From Flaccisagitta enflata (lineage: Eukaryota), in the NCBI GenBank assembly GCA_965153355.1, contig OZ231126.1, positions 19,592,001 to 19,656,000 on the forward strand: a DNA stretch of 64,000 nucleotides, read 5' to 3'. Made by a program: the position numbers and the translations under genes. This document shows positions 61,023 to 64,000 of the stretch, in pieces; the stretch's first letter is position 1; every line of letters starts with the position of its first letter. Under the pieces are notes generated by a model. That model was not told the origin of the DNA. It ran no database searches and was given only the letters and a program-made list of their open reading frames with translations.

Positions 61023-64000
61023 TGTTAGGGATGTCCTTAATTGTGATATTTGCCATATCTTTGTATCTTTAGTTCTAGACCGTACATTGTCCCCTGTGGC
61101 TTTTATGCCTGGATGTGATATTAAAACTCTAAGATAGCTCTCTGGAATAGAGGCCCGTTCGGTTACATCTTTCTTCCCGCGTGTTTACCTTCCACCATGT
61201 ATTTCTTTGCATAGTTCCTAGCAGAGAACCAATCATTCAATGAAGACTCCTTAAGAGAACATTCGATAGTTAAGTAGCTACGTTAGGATTCAAGCAAGCA
61301 TTCCGGCGAGCAAGCAAGCGTGCAAGAAAGAAGCCTACGTGGAAGAAGGTAAGGACCTGCAAGATATAGTCCCTTACAACTGGCGCATCGGCATTTCTAG
61401 AACCGTTCCAGAGATCTACCGGTTTCTCAGGTGGCTCTCATATCCTTCGCTTTTCTGATTTCTGAGGAACTCCTCTGGAATTTTAATTTCTCAAGCAACA
61501 GCCCTTCTGCCTTGAATAGGCCAACTTGGTTGCAGATCCGGCTGCCAAGACAACGGTTTTCTTCCCCCTTCCATCAACTTCTTGGTCCCCTGTGGAATTG
61601 GAACTACTGTCTTGGACGTGTCCAGCATTTAGTGTGTGGTATAAGGATTGTGGATCTTTCACAGTCCGTCATTAGGCTGGGTATACTGGGAAGATTCGTT
61701 CAACACTCCTTCCGCAAGTGCCGGCTCGGTTTCAAGTTTCACTTGTGACCTCTTTAACAAGCGTAGCGTGGCAGTACGCACAAGCCCCATTTAGCAAGTC
61801 TGTAAATGCTGGTGGAGTTTGATTGGTTAAAATCCTGATCAGGTATGTGTTTTTACTTCCAGTAGAGAACAAAGCCTGGACGCATCTCTCATGTGGTGGT
61901 CATTCCTTGGACCTGCTTACGGACCCGTGTTCAAGGCGTGCGCTGGGTTATGCCATAGGTTGGAGTTCCTACACAACCCTTTTTCTTCAATAATCGATGC
62001 TAATCGCCTAAGTGGGAGCCCATAACTTTTCCGCATCCTCGCATATCAGCCACAGAGACCGCTCGACTCAATCTTATTTGTGGAAGAATTAGCTTTCAAA
62101 AGTTGTAAATACTGTACAGCTTTTTTTCTGTTCCCCCCTCCCCCTTCCCTGTAACATAGTCCTCATCTCTCCTACGTCGGGTCTTTGTATAGAGTTGCAC
62201 TCTGTCCAATGCCCCCTCCCCCTCCTCCAACCGTACCCTCAAACCCAAACGCCATCCTGCTGGGTGACCGTAACCCAAACCTCAGGGTTAAAATTTAACG
62301 CCAACACGTACGACGCCAACCCAGTAGACGCCGCCGCAGCTGCCAACACCTGTGCTGCCGCCGCTATCCTTGCCCCAACAATGGCAACTAACGAGAGAGC
62401 AAGCTCCATCCCGGTGGACACCTTCCACACAGGACTGGAAGATCTGGACGAGTGGTTTGAAATCTTTGAAAACGCTGTGAATCTGGCGATGAACCCCTCC
62501 ACTGATGAGAGAAAAGCTGAGTTATGCAAAACTTGGCTCCCCATCAAGCTCGACGCAGAAGCAAGAGCTGTCTTCAAGCAAATCCCCACAACCCTCACCT
62601 ACGCTCAAACCAAGGCCCAGCTCAAAGATCGCCTTGTTGACCCCAACGAGGTCTACAAATGGAAGGCCATGAGGTCCCAAATTGTTTGGGATGGAAAGGA
62701 AAGTTTCCAGGCCTTGGCTACTCGTGTCAAACGCGCAGTCGACAACTACGAGAAAGAGCTTAACGACAATGGCAAGAAATGGGCGTACCTCTTCAGATTT
62801 AGGGAGTCTCTTCCTGAAACACCTTACCAGGACTACATCGATTTGAGCCTGACAAAGAAGGATCGCACCATTGAAAACGCCATGGAACTCGCCTCAAGAG
62901 TGAAAATGACCCAGAAAGACAAAAAGCCATCAAAGGAGTCCAAACAGGTGGCCTTCACTGGCCCTCCCATGGACGACGACCGCATTGGCGGTTTGGAACT
63001 TGCGGTTGCACAACTTGGAACAGAATTGAAAAACCTGACCGTGAGGAACCGCCACTATGATCAAGACCACATCAGCAGCCGACACAACCAAAACCATGGA
63101 AGCGACAGGGATTATCACCACCATGAACAACGCCGTGATGCAAGCTTTGGTGGTGACAGGGACAACCATCGCAACCCACCACTCCGTCATTGCGACCGCT
63201 ACGATGATTGCGACCGCTACGATGATCGCGACCGCTACAATGATCGCGACCGTTATGATCATGACCGCTACGATGATCGCAACCGCTACGATGATCGTGA
63301 CCGCTACGATGGTTGCGACCGCTACAATGATCGCGACTGTTATGATCATGACCGCTACGATGATCACAACCGCTATGATGATCACAACCGCTACGATGAT
63401 CGCGACCGCTACAATGATCGCAACCGCTACAATGATCGCAACGGCAACGACGACCGCAACCGCTATGGTGATCGCAAGCCTCGTGACCAAGATGAACAGT
63501 ATCAGAGCGGCAGGGACAATCGTAGGGACTACGACGATGATCATGACAGAAATTGTGATCGCGACTTCGCCAATGAATACAGTGACAGTAGCGAAGAAGA
63601 GTATGCAAGGCTCAATGCCTGCTCGGAGCAACTTACCAAGAAGAAAGAAGCAAGGTTGGCTCGCCAAGGTCGTCATCAATAAAGCTAGCGCTCAACTCAC
63701 GAAGGTTGGAATTGCAAAATTTGCTAATTTTGCATCCCCGCAGAAATTCTAGTAGACTAATTGACTCCTTCTGCTTTTTCTACTTGTCTTGCTTACATTG
63801 CTCCCTCCTTAATTGATCATCATTGGTGGCTTGATATATCATTAAATTCACCGTACCCTCTAAAATATCTGCTCCTGCTGCGTCCAAATGGCTGTTCCAC
63901 AGTTGTTTAATATATCATCGGTTTTTTGTTGGCGTATCATTTGTCTCACGTGGTACCCTGTAAATATGTTCATTATACCTAGCTAGCAACATCAAGATCT
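61023..64000 (+). mobile_element. Probable Gypsy/Ty3-type LTR element, 5' portion (LTR ~61023-61378, PBS-like tggcgca at 61381)
   Basis: Inverted termini tgttaggga / tcccttaca, TGG two bases downstream, then ~1 kb leader and a gag-like ORF. No second LTR is in the window, so the LTR cannot be confirmed. Confidence 0.6.
62381..63682 (+). CDS. Retrotransposon Gag-like protein with DRYD/ND repeat tail
   Basis: FHTGLEDLDEWFEIFE..WLPIKLDAEARAVF..TYAQTKAQLKDRL..ESFQALATRVKR resembles Gypsy capsid; 18-nt repeats gaccgctacgatgatcgc at ~63190-63470. Confidence 0.7.
   Translation: MATNERASSIPVDTFHTGLEDLDEWFEIFENAVNLAMNPSTDERKAELCKTWLPIKLDAEARAVFKQIPTTLTYAQTKAQLKDRLVDPNEVYKWKAMRSQIVWDGKESFQALATRVKRAVDNYEKELNDNGKKWAYLFRFRESLPETPYQDYIDLSLTKKDRTIENAMELASRVKMTQKDKKPSKESKQVAFTGPPMDDDRIGGLELAVAQLGTELKNLTVRNRHYDQDHISSRHNQNHGSDRDYHHHEQRRDASFGGDRDNHRNPPLRHCDRYDDCDRYDDRDRYNDRDRYDHDRYDDRNRYDDRDRYDGCDRYNDRDCYDHDRYDDHNRYDDHNRYDDRDRYNDRNRYNDRNGNDDRNRYGDRKPRDQDEQYQSGRDNRRDYDDDHDRNCDRDFANEYSDSSEEEYARLNACSEQLTKKKEARLARQGRHQ

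Noticed and set aside
62930-63752. Hydrophobic VAII and TATMI repeat ORFs
   Set aside because: Alternative frames of the 18-nt repeat in the gag-like ORF.

Overview
Eukaryotic (invertebrate animal, arthropod-like) genomic DNA with spliceosomal introns and many transposons. Eleven host genes can be built by hand, all on the + strand. In order: the 3' half of RNF31/HOIP, an IQ-motif SCHIP1-like gene, mitochondrial SerRS (SARS2), GCSH, a second SCHIP1 gene, a mono-ADP-ribosyltransferase (PARP), a long GTSF1/Asterix-like gene, MRM1, a stand-alone MoaC (MOCS1B-like), a BTB protein and the 5' part of cyclin H. A 13.3-kb BEL/Pao LTR retrotransposon (- strand, ~914-bp near-identical LTRs, 5-bp TSD) sits inside a foldback DNA element in a SCHIP1 intron. 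Its gag and pol are in the same frame, separated by one UGA-CUG that is followed by a GNRA-capped hairpin, which is a candidate readthrough signal. It also carries an extra non-env coding region after integrase. A probable Gypsy-type LTR with gag starts near the right end. Introns hold many MITEs (TA-, 8-bp- and 4-bp-TSD types), DINE-1/Helentron-like elements and microsatellites. All homology calls come from recognising motifs by eye; no searches were run.
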